Below, one piece after another: positions 39,744-53,301 of a stretch of DNA of 63,780 bases (position 1 is its first letter; each line of letters begins with the position of its first letter). The position numbers were made by a program, and so were the translations under genes. The stretch is taken from contig CM052818.1 in assembly GCA_028534125.1 (NCBI GenBank), positions 25,980,001-26,043,780 on the forward strand. Direction: 5' to 3'. The notes under the pieces are model-generated. The model saw only the letters and a program-made list of their open reading frames with translations. It made no database searches and was not told where the DNA came from. Source of the stretch: Lama glama. Taxonomy: Eukaryota.

Positions 39744-41749
39744 GTTTCTATCCCTCCATCTACCTACCCATCTCTTCTATCCATCATCTGTCTGTCTGTC
39801 TGTCTGTCTATCTAGCCAGCCAGCCAGCCAGCCATCTCTCTATCACAATACCTAAAGGGGATTTTAGAAGATAATAAAAATAATGGTGAATGACTGAACC
39901 CACTGAATAATTAATAGGTGAGAAAACTGAAGAAAACTTGTCAAAGAAGGCAGATGACTTTCTCAGGGAAAAACACATCTTGTATCTGGTAGACACTGCA
40001 CTCAATCCTAAATTTTTAGTCTTTAAATCCAGCATTTGTTCCCTACAATGTTTAAAGTCCTGGAAGAGCTGTTAAGCCTTTTCCCTCTTACATCTGCAAT
40101 TAGGATCCCATAAGTGACACTTATTAAGAAGCATTTTCTAAGTTCAAGAAAAGAGGACACTTGGGAGAGGGTGAATTATGGAGCTGGAGCTGGAAAAAAT
40201 TCAGTGGCGTGACTGCGCTGCTCATACTGTTGTCAGCTGTAATTCACCAAGAGCTCTCTCAGAGAAATTTCTTAATTTATGAGATAGAGAGTTGAAAGTT
40301 TTCCCCCGGGTACTGTGTCCATAAATGGCCAGATTAATGGGAACTTTCTCTTTAGTATGTTCATAGTTAGCTGGTGTCAATATACAAAGTTGAAGTACTT
40401 TTTTTTCAGAAAGTAAGATTAAGTATGTTATGGTAAATTACTGTTTGGAAGTAAACTCCATGGTGAAAGAGCACTTCTCAGCCAAGAGGGGGCCATGGAG
40501 GGCAGCAGGGAGGCGACTGGCCCTCTGACCTTGGGAGAGCTCTAAGGAAGAACGCTTGCATCTTACTGGAGCATGTCATTTTCTTCATAGCTCTTCCCAC
40601 AATTAATACCTGTTCCTTAGAGACCCTGACATTTTTCAGTTTAATTTCAAACTAGTTCTGGCAACCGAGATAATTTCACACTTTTACAACCTGATCAGTG
40701 GTTTGGGCTTTCAATTATTTGATGAATGGAATATCTCATGAGGAAGTATTTCAGATACGGTGTTCGCATTCACTTATATTTCAACTGGATTGTTGCACTG
40801 AGAAATTCAGTGGTGCGGCATCTCACAATGAACAGATTCAATTTGATGGTGGGTAAAAATTTGTTTCCTGGGTGTCAAGCCTTAAAGTTTCAAAGTGAAA
40901 AATAAGCCTTGTATTGAAACGACTGATTGTGGAATCTAAAGGACCTGTGAACATGCAAAGGTGAGAGAAAGAAGCAAGTTTGGGGCAAGAAGGGAGGGTA
41001 TTTGGGGTTAAAGAAGGTAACACCTAAGGAACAGCTAGAGGAATGCAGCACACCAAGGGGTCTTGGCCAGATTTCGTCTTGAGTCAGCACTCACTGGCTT
41101 TGTTTGAGTCCTAGGGACAGAGGCTTGGCTCACAGAACTGAAACTTGGTTCTGCAAAGTCTCTGAGACTTTGGGAGGACAGCACAGCCCTGCCTGGGACT
41201 ACTGGTCCAGTGAATGACCTAGGTGTTTGTGTGTGTGTAGAAGGTGTGTGCTCTCTGTCCGCAGAGACATTTCAGTGACATGTGGTTTGGGCTCCCTGTG
41301 ACTCCAGGCAGCCAACAGTAGGGAGCAACCACTGTGGTGAAGGCGGCAGTAATGGTGACCCCAACGTAGGCAGCATATTCTTCCGACTCTCGTCACTTGA
41401 TCGTATGGGACTTCCAAATGTTTCCCTGATTATTTCTGGGAATCCCAAAGAGGCGCTTCCTGAGTCCTCTCAAATTATCTCAGCAGCCATCTGGACTGGC
41501 CACTTTCCCTCTTCTCTACCTCTGGATCCATCTGGTAATATTGACCAAGAAACCACGTGAAGACTGTGTTCCAGCAGGCTGTGGCTGAGAGACTTGTTTA
41601 AGAACACACAGAGCACACCTAAGGGCCCCTGGAGACTCCTGGGGGCATTTGGGGAGGCTTTAAAGGTCAGAGCTGGCAGAGGAATACACTGTATATCTGT
41701 CTACATAACGCAGGCCATCTGTCACTCATTCCACATATTGTCCCTCATT

Positions 41750-42450
41750 CTATATATCGTTCAAGGCTCTGGAAGGATAAATCAGAAAATGATACTAACA
41801 ACAAAACTAAAACAAACAGACAGACAAATGGCAGCTTTGAAAATGGCTCCTGTTCTCCAGGAGCACATAAGACCCACCGGAGACACACACACACACACAT
41901 ACACACACAGAGGCAACATAATGGTGTGTGTGAATAATGGTGTTAGAGTCTTTCAGACATTATGTCCTGTGGGGCCACATCAGGATGGACTCCATGGAAG
42001 AGGTGAGATTTCTGTGATTTGAATCATACTTTGAAGGATGAGTAACATTTGGACGAATTCAAGTGTGAAGAGGGAGAAGCTCCCCAGTAGAAAAATGGAC
42101 TGACAGAGAGATGCATGAAGAAAAGTGAAGGCCAAGTTTGGGGACAGTAGAAAAATCAGTTTTCCACGAGTGGATGGTCAGTGTAGCAACCCACAAAGCT
42201 AAGGCTGGCAAAGTAGATGACAGTCGTGCTACGGAGGGTTTTAAGGAAGAGGGAAGGATTTGGGAGTTTGTTCTGTAGACACTGGGGAGCCACCAAATGT
42301 TTTTGAAAAGGCAAGAGATCTATCCATGGGAGGCTTTAATAAGGTTAATCTAAGAGAGGAGTATAACATGCACTTATGTGGGAAGAAACTGGGGAGGGCG
42401 ATGAGTGAGAAGCCCTTAGCAAGAGCCCAGGTGTGGGCTGATAAAGATGA
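41750..42450 (-). mobile_element. L2 fragments with embedded (CA)n
   Basis: GGGAGTTTGTTCTGTAGACACTGGGGAGCCACCAAATGTTTTTGA and related reverse L2 text. Confidence 0.5.
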
Positions 42451-42684
42451 ACCAAGGTGACGGTGGTGGGAATGTAAGGGGACGTAGGAAGAATCATCAA
42501 AGTCAGATCACTTAGCAAATGTTTGTTGAACACTCACAATCTGCTAAGCATAGACCTAGAAACTCGAGAGTCCTAGGAACAAGGCAGATGAGCCTTGCTG
42601 TTGAGGAGGCTTCCCCCCAGTGGGCGGAATATGACTGCACACAAAGATATGAAATAGATAATACATCGTAATTATAGACATCAA

Positions 42685-43620
42685 GGAATCACTTAGGATG
42701 CTTTTGGGTACAAGCAACAAAATATCCAACTACAGATGGCCTAAAGGATAACCACACACACACACGCACATACACACATACGTCCCCAGATAAGAAACAA
42801 CCCAGACTGGGCCACTCCAGAGGCCATCAATCCATAGACCCAACAGTGTAACTGAAGACCTAGCTCTTCCATCCACTGCACAGCCACCCTCAGGATGTTG
42901 GCCTTGCTCCTGGGGCCTGTCCCTCACGAACCGGCCTGTCTCCTGCAGCTCCAGGCACCATCTCCTCACATAGTCATATCCTAAAGCAGGAATGGTTGCT
43001 TCTTTTCCTTGCATCTCTTATGACTATTGCTATGGATTGCATTCTGTCCTCACCAAATTCGTATGTTGAAGCCCTTAACCTTATTGTGGTGGGATTTGGA
43101 CATGGGACCTTTGGGAGATAATTAGGGTTAGCTGATGTCCTGAGGGTGGGGCCCTCCTGATGGGATTAGTGCCCTTGTAAGAAGGGATACTGTCTCCGTG
43201 TGCATGTGCACAGAGAGGAGGTCACGTGAGCACACAGTCAGATGGTGGCTGTCTACAAGTGAGAAAGAGAACCCTCGCTGGGGACCAAACCAGCCAGCAC
43301 CTTGACCTTGGGCTTCTCAGCCTCAAGAATTTTGAGAAAATAAATTTCTGTTGTGTAAGCCACCCAGTCCATGGTATTTTGTTGTGGCAGCCCCAGCAGA
43401 CTAAGACAATCAGAGGCTCTTCCTCTCACTGCTCATTGTTCAGCAGTTTATTTTGTGCCCGTGCTGAAGTCAGTCATGGGTCAGAGGAGTGGGATGACTA
43501 TATGGGGTATAGACTAAGAACTCTTCTGCCCCCAGGTTGGTGGGGGCTCACTTTCTCTAAACATACGGATGGGTAAACACCCCAAATCAACTGGAGGCTC
43601 GATGAACAAGGAAGAGATGG
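42685..43620 (-). mobile_element. Old MLT1 (J/K-like) LTR interrupted by a younger MLT1A0
   Basis: TTAGGATGCTTTTGGGTACAAGCAACAA start and GCAGCTCCAGGCACCATCTCCTCACA. The element resumes after 43408. Confidence 0.5.
43028..43408 (+). mobile_element. MLT1A0-like MaLR solo LTR
   Basis: TGCTATGGA..CAAATTCGTATGTTGAAGCCC..GAGGGTGGGGCCCTCCTGATGGGATTAGTGCCCTT..AAATAAATTTCTGTTG..CTAAGACA, full length with TG..CA ends. Confidence 0.88.
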
Positions 43621-43696
43621 AAGGCAGGATGGCTGTGGGGAAGCCACAAGAGGCTAGGTGCTACGTGGAGGATAATGCGGGGTGGTGGCGTGATGG

Positions 43697-44128
43697 TGTG
43701 TTAGCTTCCTATGGCTGCCCTCACAGATTATCACAAACTTGGTGGCTTACAACAATAGGAATTTATTCTCTCGCAGTTCAGGAGACCAGAAGTCTGAAAT
43801 CAAGGTGTCAGTAGGGCCATGCTGCAGTGAAAGGCTCTAGGAGAGAATCTTTCCTTGCCTCTTCTAGCCTCTGTGGCTCCTTACATTCCTTGGCCTGTGG
43901 CAGCATCACTCCAATCTCTGCCTCTGTCTCTCCATGGCCTTCTCTCTGTGTCTCTGTGTGTACTTTTCTGTCTTTTCAAGGATACGCTCACTGGATTTAG
44001 GTCCCATCCTAATCAGTATGATCTGATCGCAACAGTTAACCTTAATTACATCTGTTTCCAAACAAGGTCACATGCTGAGGTTCAGATTAGATGTGAATTT
44101 GGGGGGAGACACTTTTCAAGCTACTACA
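43697..44128 (-). mobile_element. MLT1B/C-like MaLR solo LTR
   Basis: TGTGTTAGCTTCCTATGGCTGC..CAAACTTGGTGGCTTA..CCAGAAGTCTGAAATCAAGGTGTCAG..CTACTACA. Confidence 0.85.
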
Positions 44129-45469
44129 AATGATTAGTAACTGTGGCTGAGCATGGAGCTGCTTTAATTGAGGCAACAAGAGAAGGCTTATTGGAGAAAT
44201 AGTGTTTGAGTTGAGACCTGCAGACGAGGGGGAAGCTGTCTGAAGCTCTAGGGTAAACAAATAAAAGGGACAGCAAGAGCGAAGACCCTAAGGTGAGAAT
44301 CCATTCAGTGTTCAGAAGCATTAGCAGCTTTTGTTTCTCTGTGATATGAATTTCCACACTAGGAATGGTAGGAAAGCAAGTTCCTTCCATTTAAGCCCAA
44401 AGAGGCAAAAGAGGAGACAGTCTTGTGACTGAATCCACTCAATCTGCCGGATGTTTTTGCTAAGGTCAAGGCTGTGCTGTTGATTAACAAGAATTTGGTT
44501 GAAACTATTTGAATATTACTGGAGCCTTGGGAAATAGACCAAATGATTCACAAGTCTCTCCCTTTAGTAAAATGTGTCCGTCAGAGATTAAACGTCCAGG
44601 AGGTGAGACTGCAAAAGGCTATGAGGTCATAATAATTCTCTAAAGCAATAAATGTATAAAAATACAGTTATGATACAAGAGAAAGGTGACTGTAATAGAA
44701 GATTATATTAGAATATGTAGGTATTATTTTTAAAATATTAAAAATATGTCTGCTTTAAAGCATTGACTTGTATTCGTTCCTCTCTGCCCAAGCAGGAGAT
44801 AATAAACACAGGAACCTGGGAGTCAGCAAGGTGTTCCTGAAAAAGTAGAACCTTTTCTGAGAACAGAAAGGACTCATCGGCTCTGTGGGTCACGTTCAAC
44901 AACAAGATAGGAAGGGGGTTAGTGAACAGAAGGAGGGCGCCAGGACGCGCTGTGCACCGATGAATTATCCAGTATCATGGGGAGTGGAGGTAATCTTTCA
45001 TCTTCTCAGAGATGGACTCTCAAGGGGGCCCCACTGATGAGAATAAATGCCTAATAAGACATTCGTTTCTTAATAAAGCTAAGAGACCAGGCCGATATAG
45101 CAAAATCACCTGGTCATGCAAATTTAATGACCACCTTACTCCTGGGAAGCAAGTCACACAAAAATAAAAATCTGTCTGAAAGTCAGGGACATAACAGCAC
45201 CAGGCTGTGATAAGAGGAATATATTAGCCATCTATAGGTAGCCAACCAAGCAGTAGGTAGAATGAACCATGGGAAACAACCATTTTGTAGGCAAAAACTT
45301 ATCAAAAGCCATTGAAAACTGCTGCTCTTGTGATATTTGGGGAACTGCAAAATGGCCCTTCCATGTGGTTCTGACATTTTCTAGTATTGTGTTCCGAGGT
45401 CTGTGCTGGGCACTCTAAGGGCACCAGAAATATCAGAGACACCCTCATCTGCAGGGGGTTTCCATTACA

Positions 45470-45679
45470 CCAGGGGTCAGCATGCTGTGACCCAGGGACC
45501 AAACCCCACCCACCACTTGCTTTTGTAAAGATCTCTTGGAATATAGCCGTGTCCATTTGTTTGCTTATTGTCTAGGAATGCTTTCACCCAGAGTTGAGTA
45601 GTTGAGCAAAGACTGTACCATCCACAAAGCTTACATATTTACTCTCTGGCCTTTTACAGAACAGTTTGCTGACCCCTGC
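45470..45679 (+). mobile_element. MER58A-like hAT MITE
   Basis: CAGGGGTCAGCA..ATATTTACTCTCTGGCCTTTTACAGAACAGTTTGCTGACCCCTG, with terminal inverted repeats CAGGGGTCAGCA/TGCTGACCCCTG. Confidence 0.8.
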
Positions 45680-47084
45680 ATCACACGGTGGAGAGAGACA
45701 AGGATCACTCATTAACACGGTCATTTTTCTTATTGCTGTTTAACACCTCTCCTTGTTCTGCCTTATTTTTCCTCACTATTCTTTTTCCTCCTCTGCTTGT
45801 CTGAATTTCCAAGGTCTCGCCTTTCTTCGGTCTCCTTCACTATCCCTGCTTGCTCCTGGTCTGTTATGCCATGTCTTCTCTCCTTCCTATTCTCCTCTGT
45901 TCATTTTTCTTTCTGCTCTGCTGGCCTTATCCATCGCCTCCCACTTCTCACTTGTTCTTCCTCTTCTTTCCTTTCTTCTTTCCATCTGTGCCTCCTCCTT
46001 GGGACTGGTTGTCCCCTTTGACTTAGGATGGGCGGGCTGACTCCCCTTCTCACCATTCAAAGCAGCCTTTCTCTTGCTCCAACGAGTCTTGAGTTAATTT
46101 CCCTTTTTAGACCTCAGTTCACATGGCAGGGCTGACATTTCACTGGTAAGGAAAGGCAGCATAAGAATCAGTATGTACTTTGGTTGGTTAGCCATTTGCC
46201 CTGGTTGGTCAGTGTCAACTATTTTGTAAATCATTCCTGCCATGAGATAATCTTCCTCATCAGCCAGACAGCTCAAAATTTAGAAATGCTGTCCAGATAG
46301 CTTTCTCTGAGGAACTCCATTAGTCCCTGCTTGTGAGCTCAGCCTCTGGAGTTTTCAAGAGGCTCTTACTATTTTTAATAGCATTGTGAGGCAGCGTCTA
46401 GAACTCAGAAATTAAGTCCATTCAAAATTAGGATGGGTGTGTGTGTTGGGTGGTGTCTTTCTTCCCACAAAGAAATGTGTTTTGAATCTAAGACACTTGT
46501 GGTCAAATGTTTCTCAGAAGCATAGACCAGTGGTTGCTAAAGACTTCCTTAGGCAATGGTGTAGGGAAAAAAAAAAAAACAAAACAGGGTAGTTTAGAGT
46601 CATTTTAAAGTAATTATCAAAGATACACCAAACCTTGTCACACCACTCATCATTGATGCCAGAGTGACAAGAGCCTTCGTATTATAGGGGTCACCAACCG
46701 CCACGCCAGCCCACTGAAGTGAGGAGAAAAGGCCCCAGCACACAGCAGCCTCAGATTTTACTTGGCTTTAGAGAATGCTGCCTAAAATATATTTCAAGGG
46801 CAAAGCCTCAGTTGCATTTGCTTAGAATTTGAACCTACTTACTCTAATTACTTTTCTTTCCCTTTGAAACATTTTTGTTAAACTCCTGTTCCCCTTTCTC
46901 AATACTATGGTGAGTATGAAAATTCTGATTTCTGTCTAATATATTTTTAAAACTTTTGGGCAAACCACTTAATCATTGTATCTAACATAGAAACTATATA
47001 CTTGATATGGAAAAAAAGAGAAAGGAATTTGGCCAAACAATGTGTAATAGACATTTTTGGTTGATCCTGCAGCTTCTATTGTTT

Positions 47085-47515
47085 TCTTCCTAATAGCCAC
47101 CCTCATTTCAGTTTAGGGCACCATTTGGTTCTATGACATCTGATTCCAGGGGTGAAGCCTGTGACTCAGGTCAGCACATTTGATGCTTTGGTCATTGTGC
47201 TTGGTTCTGGGTGGACATGTGACTAAGCAGATCCAACTGGAGTAAATCTCAAGACTTCTGCTTACAATTCCAGAACAAATGCCTTCTTTCCTTCCAGCTG
47301 GATATGAATGAGTAAGCACACAGCCCAGAGACCTGTTCATACCCATCTCGGAACCATCAAGGATGTTGGGCAGAGGCTAGACAAAAAGAAACTAGATACT
47401 CAGTGACATGTTGACCTGAATCCTTTGGACTTTAAAGCTACATGAGCCAATAGATTTCTTTATTTGTTCAAGTCAAATTGGGTTGGATTGTCTATCACTT
47501 GCAACCAAAAATTTC
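47085..47515 (+). mobile_element. Old MaLR LTR (MLT1K/L-like)
   Basis: TGGTCATTGTGCTTGGTTCTGGGTGGACATGTGACTAAGC..GAGCCAATAGATTTC..TTGGGTTGGATTGTCTATCACTTGCAACCAAAA. Confidence 0.6.
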
Positions 47516-49988
47516 TGGCTTTTGTGCAGGACAATTAACAATGATCACAGGACAGAAAGAACCAAGAGACCAAAGTTTGGGTGCTAGTGTGTGCTTCGTG
47601 CCACCTAGCTGTGAGACTGTCAACGAGCCTGGATGCTCTCCTCTCTGGGCCTCAGTTTGGACTCTGAAATACATCGTGGAAGTAGAAAGTTGGGGTTGGT
47701 GTCTTCTTTAAGACTTGTTGTAGCTTTAAGATTCTTTGAGTTCAACCCTCTTCTTGATTCAGTACAAACTGGTTTCTATTCCTGTCTTGCTCTTCCTGTC
47801 AGTGACCCCATCACACTCCCAGCTCTCTGGAGAAACCTTGATGTCATCCCTGCATCCCACCCACCTCTCTTCTTTATCCCCTGTATCTAATTGCTCAGCT
47901 ACCGGAGCTTGTCAGTTCGTCTTTCTAAGCATCCCATCTTCTCTTCCCTCCCTTCCTATTCTTACCAGCAGTACTCACATCCAGGCCGTACATCTCCCTA
48001 GAACGCCTACTCCCTTGAATCCATCTTCCTACTCCTGCTGGATTAATATCCTCCAATGGAATTTTCAAACCTTACCAGATGCCCCATTAATGGAAAGATG
48101 AAGTCTGCATTGCTCAGCGTGGCATTCTGTGTGGTCCATTCATTGCAGCCATTTAACTTGGATTACTTACAGGTTCAACTGAAACACAGGAATTGAATGT
48201 CTTTCTGAGGGTAAAAACTTAATGCATGACTTGTGTCGATAGTCTTTTCCAAGGACTTTTTCAAGATGCATTGAAATCTGAGAGTAAATCTGTGGCTGGA
48301 CCCAAGTTGTAGAGTATATATGCTGGTGAATAACAGACCTATCAGCCTTCCAGCTAACAACCCAGGGCCTTTATAAACTCCGTTAGAACAGTGTGTCCTA
48401 GGAAAATGTCAATCCCTTTCAGATGTTAAATATATTTATTAAAGCAATACGTATCTTGCATGTGGTCAAATCTGAGATAGTGGCCGTTTTAAACATTTGT
48501 GACTTTCACAAAATTCAAACAGATATTGGTTAATGTCTAACTGCTCTACCCCGTAAAACATATATTAATATACTACGTATATACTTTATTGGGACACTCT
48601 GTAGTAGGAAGCATGGAAAAAATGACTGTTGACTTATTGTAACCTTGGAATTCATGCCAGTTTGAGAGGAGAGAGTCTCTACTTGCCTTTTTAAATAACA
48701 GAAACCCTGGCCCGCGAAGGCCTGTGCGCTCCTAGGGAACGAGCTGCACCGGCCCTGTTTTCCGTGACAGGGCACTCCTCCCCACCAGTCCTTGCCAAGC
48801 CCTCATGCGTGTTGAGTCAAAACATTTTGAATATGAGCTCATCACATGTGAAAAGGGTTTAAACAACAGCTCAATGTGTAAATGCACTGTGGGCTTTCTC
48901 AGTCCATGTTTCAGTTCAAATTTCCCGAAGCTTAAACTGCATGCAGTTTGTGCAATATCTCAGCGTTCCCCCTCTGGACTGAAGTGAGGCAGTTGGCTTT
49001 CTGCTTTAGACTAAACAACTGAATAAGGGTTCATTTGAAGGAGCCAAGAAGATAGCATATCTATAGCTCTAGGCATTGTCTATTTAACCGACTGCCTTGG
49101 GGGTGGACTGGTAGACACAAGGGCCCGTCCTGCTGATCTGGTGCTCAAAAGAAGAATTAACCTTTATGTTGAAGTCACCTCCTCTGGCCAATTTTAATCT
49201 CGGCTAGAAATCAAGTCAATATGAGCATCTGAACGGGAAACTAGATATAGTTATTGTCTTCATTTTCACGGAGGAAGGGGAATCTAGAAGGGAATGAGGC
49301 TTCTTTCAGGACTTAGGGTCTGGGAAAACCAGATGAGAACGTATTCAGGAGACAAGAACGGCTTGGGAAGAGAGAGTGGGAAGATGAATCGTGAGGGGCT
49401 GAAAATTTAACTTCTTCTTAACTGCTTTGTCAACGACATAGACCAGCTATCTCCACCTTCTTGTTCCCTCCGAGGGGTGGTGAGCCCAGAACCTAATGAC
49501 CAATCCCATCAGAAGGTCATTTTATAGTCATATACTTGGTACTCGAACAACTGAATTTGATTTTTTTTTTGAATTGCCCTAACTGCAATCCCTGAGATAT
49601 CGATGTTGAGATTGTGGAGAAGGGTCCCTGGAGGTGACCCAGTTTCCAAAAGCAGTGAAAAGGAAAGGAGGAAGATGGTGAAAGATCAGAGCAGGTGATT
49701 CAATGACCACATTTTATTAATTTATAAACCATACTAATTTTTTTCAACTAAATTCAACTTAATTTGGTGACTACTTATTCAACATATCTTCCTTGATAAA
49801 GTGTGTAAATCACTTAGCACATTTACTGGCACGTAGTATATACGCAGGAAATATCTGTTATCATTAGCTTCCTAGCACAGAAAATTAAAAGAGAGAAAGG
49901 AATAAGAGATAGGGAGGAGAGAGATAAATTTAGCGAGAGAAGGGAAGGAATTTTCAGGCCTTAGAAAAACTTAAATACTGGGGGAAGC

Positions 49989-50098
49989 GGGGAGGGTATT
50001 GCTCAAATGGTAGAGCACATGCTTAGCGTGCATGAGGTCCTGGGTTCAATCCCCAGTGTCTCCATTAAAACGAAACAAAGCAAAAAACTGATATTAAA
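49989..50098 (+). mobile_element. tRNA-Ala-derived SINE (Vic-1-like), short form
   Basis: GGGGAGGGTATTGCTCAAATGGTAGAGCACATGCTTAGCGTGCATGAGGTCCTGGGTTCAATCCCCAGTGTCTCCA (A box, AGC anticodon loop, B box) plus an A-rich tail. TSD AAATACTGGGGGAA (49973-49986) / AAGTACTGGGGGAA (50099-50112). Confidence 0.9.
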
Positions 50099-50630
50099 AA
50101 GTACTGGGGGAAAAAGACAGCCATATATAATGAGACAAAGCTTGTTATGTGACCTAGTATTAAAGGGGACATTGTACTAAGTAGTGATAACTAAGAAAGA
50201 GAAAAAGGGGAGAGACTTGTGGGCAAGATTTGTGGGAAGGATTCATGAAGAAATTGAATTTGTAGTGGGCCTTAAATGAGAACAAAGTGGAAATTCCAGG
50301 CAAAGAAATCCACATGAGCAAAGGCACAGGGATAGGAGTGAGCTTAAGATAAAATGGTAGGTTCCCTCTTCTATTCCCCCTACTCCCCAGGAGCCAAGGG
50401 CAGTCTGACACACTCAACGCAGCCTAGGAAATGTTTCATTAAACCACTTTAATTTTAATAGTAGATGATACACAGAGGAAAATATCCTCCTCTGAACCAC
50501 GCATGTCTCACTTTTATGTAGATATTGATCGCCTTTGCCATATGTAAAATTTTATACTTTTACAGGACTTTTCTTAAAAATATCTCTTGGTCAAAGTTGA
50601 ACAAGTTGCTGAGTTAGATTTGGCCAACTA

Positions 50631-50765
50631 TTTTTTTTTTTAAATCTTTTTTGCTGGGGAGGTAATTAGGTTATTCTTTTTTTTTAAATGGAGTTACTGG
50701 GGATTGAACCCAGGACCTCAGGCATGCTAGGCATGCACCCTACCACTGACCTATACCCTCACCCC
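50631..50765 (-). mobile_element. tRNA-Ala-derived SINE (Vic-1-like)
   Basis: The reverse strand gives GAGGGTATAGGTCAGTGGTAGGGTGCATGCCTAGCATGCCTGAGGTCCTGGGTTCAATCCCCAG..AATAACCTAATTACCTCCCC plus an A tail. No clear TSD. Confidence 0.88.
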
Positions 50766-52846
50766 CACGAAATGGATTTGGGATAGAGTGATAAGCATTT
50801 CAGAAGGCGGACATGACCTCAGTGGAAGGTAGATTCACAGATGAGAGACTCCTGGAACACGCTATACGTCTTTCTATCTTTATCTTCTCTTTCAGCTGTC
50901 CAGTTTTCAAAGGGAAAAGAAAAGTGTTATCTTCTTTTGATGACTCTGAAGTAATGCTTACCAGCAAGGGTTAGAAGCACGGGGTCTATTTCTCCAGATA
51001 ACTTGGGATTCTCTCCCAAAACTCCCAAAGTGTAGGGCTCTTTGGGAGCCTGATATGGCTGGCACCTTTCCCAATGCATGCTGCTGGACTGAGTTTCCCC
51101 CAGGTCATGGGGAATGCTTGGCCTGGAAGGGACTTAAAATTCCTTGATGATTATGCTCAGCTCGGTGGGATAGAATTGGAATCCATGTTCTGACAGATGA
51201 CACTTTCTACACTGAGCTGGGCTTTCTAACTTCTTGAATCTCTTTTCTTTTTCCAAATCACATTTGTAATCCTTACTGACCTCAGAGACACTTGTCTTTT
51301 TATCCAGCCCTAAGTCATCTTGCCGGACAGAATTTTGCCTCCCCATCACCCTTCCTTTCTAGATTAAACAAGGAGAAAAAAACAGCCAATATTAGATGAA
51401 CATACTTCTTCCTGCCATGTTATATACTTCTGTAAATCATAATGAAACCTCACTTATTCAGACTTAAAATGATTAAAGCGCAGGCCAGGTTAGTGAATGA
51501 CCTGAAATACTGAAAATTGTGAAAAGGCTGCATCACTGTAATTAATACATATACATAATGACATGAATCAGTGGCTCAGAAAGTGTCTCTGAGTTTAAGG
51601 TCTTTGCCGATTTGCTTGAATGCCCTGAGAAATGCCACTTACATCTAGCATGTTTCTTGTTGGTATCAAATGTTTACGGCTAAACTATCTGAAAACAGGC
51701 TTTTCCCCCTGAATCCTTTAGAATTCCTCTTATTTACGTTATTGCTGACACTAGAGAATATGTTATAAAATCTTTTGCTGGTATCAACTTTAGACCACTT
51801 TGTATCCAACTAATAGCACATTATTGAGGACTGGAGTAATCAGACTTTAGCATGGATTTTGTATTGGGAAGTTGCTAAGACTCTCCTGAGGAGTATTTAA
51901 GGGCAGGAGCAAAGCAGAGTCAAGGCATTCAGCAAATGTCTGTTGAGTCTTTTTCCTGCCCAAACAGGACTTGATGTGGTAAACTGGGGTAATGTGAGTA
52001 CAGTAGCTAAAAACAAAAATAAACAACACCCACATGGTCTATAAACCACAAGTTAGCCACAAGCACCGCTTCAGCCCTCATATCTCTCAGCCAAAAGGCT
52101 ACCAAAGGGTAAAACACAGTGATTTGAATTTCACTACCTCTCCTTATTCAGCCCAAACTCTGGGGATCAAGAAAACACAGTAGGAGGTAGTAAGAAGAGA
52201 AACAAAATCTGAATAACCACAGAGACAAATGGCTTTGGGGCGAATTCTAAAGCAGACCACAGGAAAAGGAAATCATTAAAATATTTGTTTTATCTCTGTG
52301 TGTGTGTGTATGTGTGTGTGTTAACCTTTATTTGAGTCCCATTTCTGTTCCGAATACCATGGAGTCTCTTTTTGCAGGCATTTCTCTGCTCATAATTCCT
52401 CCACATCTTGAATGGGCCCCAATGTTCATCTCTGAATGTCATTTTCATTTGAAGTTCAGTGCTTTTTCCTTAAGTTAGCTAAAGTAACAACCACTTATGA
52501 ATTTCTTTACGTTCTCTACTCTAGCTTCAAATGTTTTGCCAGCTTTTGAGAAGTCAGTCCTAATAAAAATTCTGAACTCCAGTTTCCCCTACCACCCCAA
52601 TTTCTCTTTCCTATAGTTAAAATTTTGGTCTACTGCTCTGATCCATTCTCCCTCTGTGTGCTCACAGAGGCTTTATTTTTTATTATTAAGTCCTCTCTCT
52701 AACAAGTCCTCTGACCCAAAGGCTATACTACGCTTATCTACAACCAATGAAGAGAGAGGGCAGAGGGCAAAGCATCATTCAACATGATGACGTTTTGGGT
52801 GAGGACAAGAGATCCTGACTCATCCGCATAACATCAGCATTATACC

Positions 52847-53301
52847 TGTGGACGAAAAGTTGTTGCTCGCCACCTGCCTCTGCCAAGTTGAAGTCACTAG
52901 TTACTGTAGTCTCTGCCCTTCAACACACCCTGAGAGGAGTTCAGGGAGGAGATCAGGAACGAGGCGCTGCGAAAAACTGTCAGGACGGGCCTTCTAATAG
53001 TTAGATACCCTCAGAAGATTTGTGAGCCCAATTTCTTGCATCTTCTCATATCTGGAAAAGCACTAAAATCATTAACGGAGACATCTGCTGCTCGTGACCA
53101 GCAGCAACCTTCTGCCCAAATGGGCTTGATTGTATGGATCCCCTTTCACCAAATCACATACATACTGACCTCCCCCCACCACCTCTTTGGAGCAGTTTCT
53201 CAGAGCTATCTGAGGGCCCATCTCCCGGGCTATACTCTTCATTTTACCCTAAATAAAACTGAACTCACAGGTCTCACATTGTGTACTTTTTTCAGTCGAC
53301 A
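52847..53301 (+). mobile_element. ERV1-class solo LTR (455 bp)
   Basis: TGTGGACGAAAA..AATAAA..TTTTCAGTCGACA with TG..CA inverted termini. Perfect 4-bp TSD TACC (52843-52846, 53302-53305), the length typical of gamma-like ERV1. Confidence 0.88.

Noticed and set aside
40719..40806. C/D box snoRNA-like TGATGA..CTGA spacing
   Set aside because: The C box lacks the leading purine, the terminal stem does not form in the K-turn register, and I recognise no rRNA/snRNA guide.
49989..50064. tRNA-Ala(AGC) gene
   Set aside because: It has A/B boxes and an anticodon arm, but also stem mismatches, an A-rich tail and a TSD, and two related copies lie nearby. It is a SINE, not a tRNA gene.
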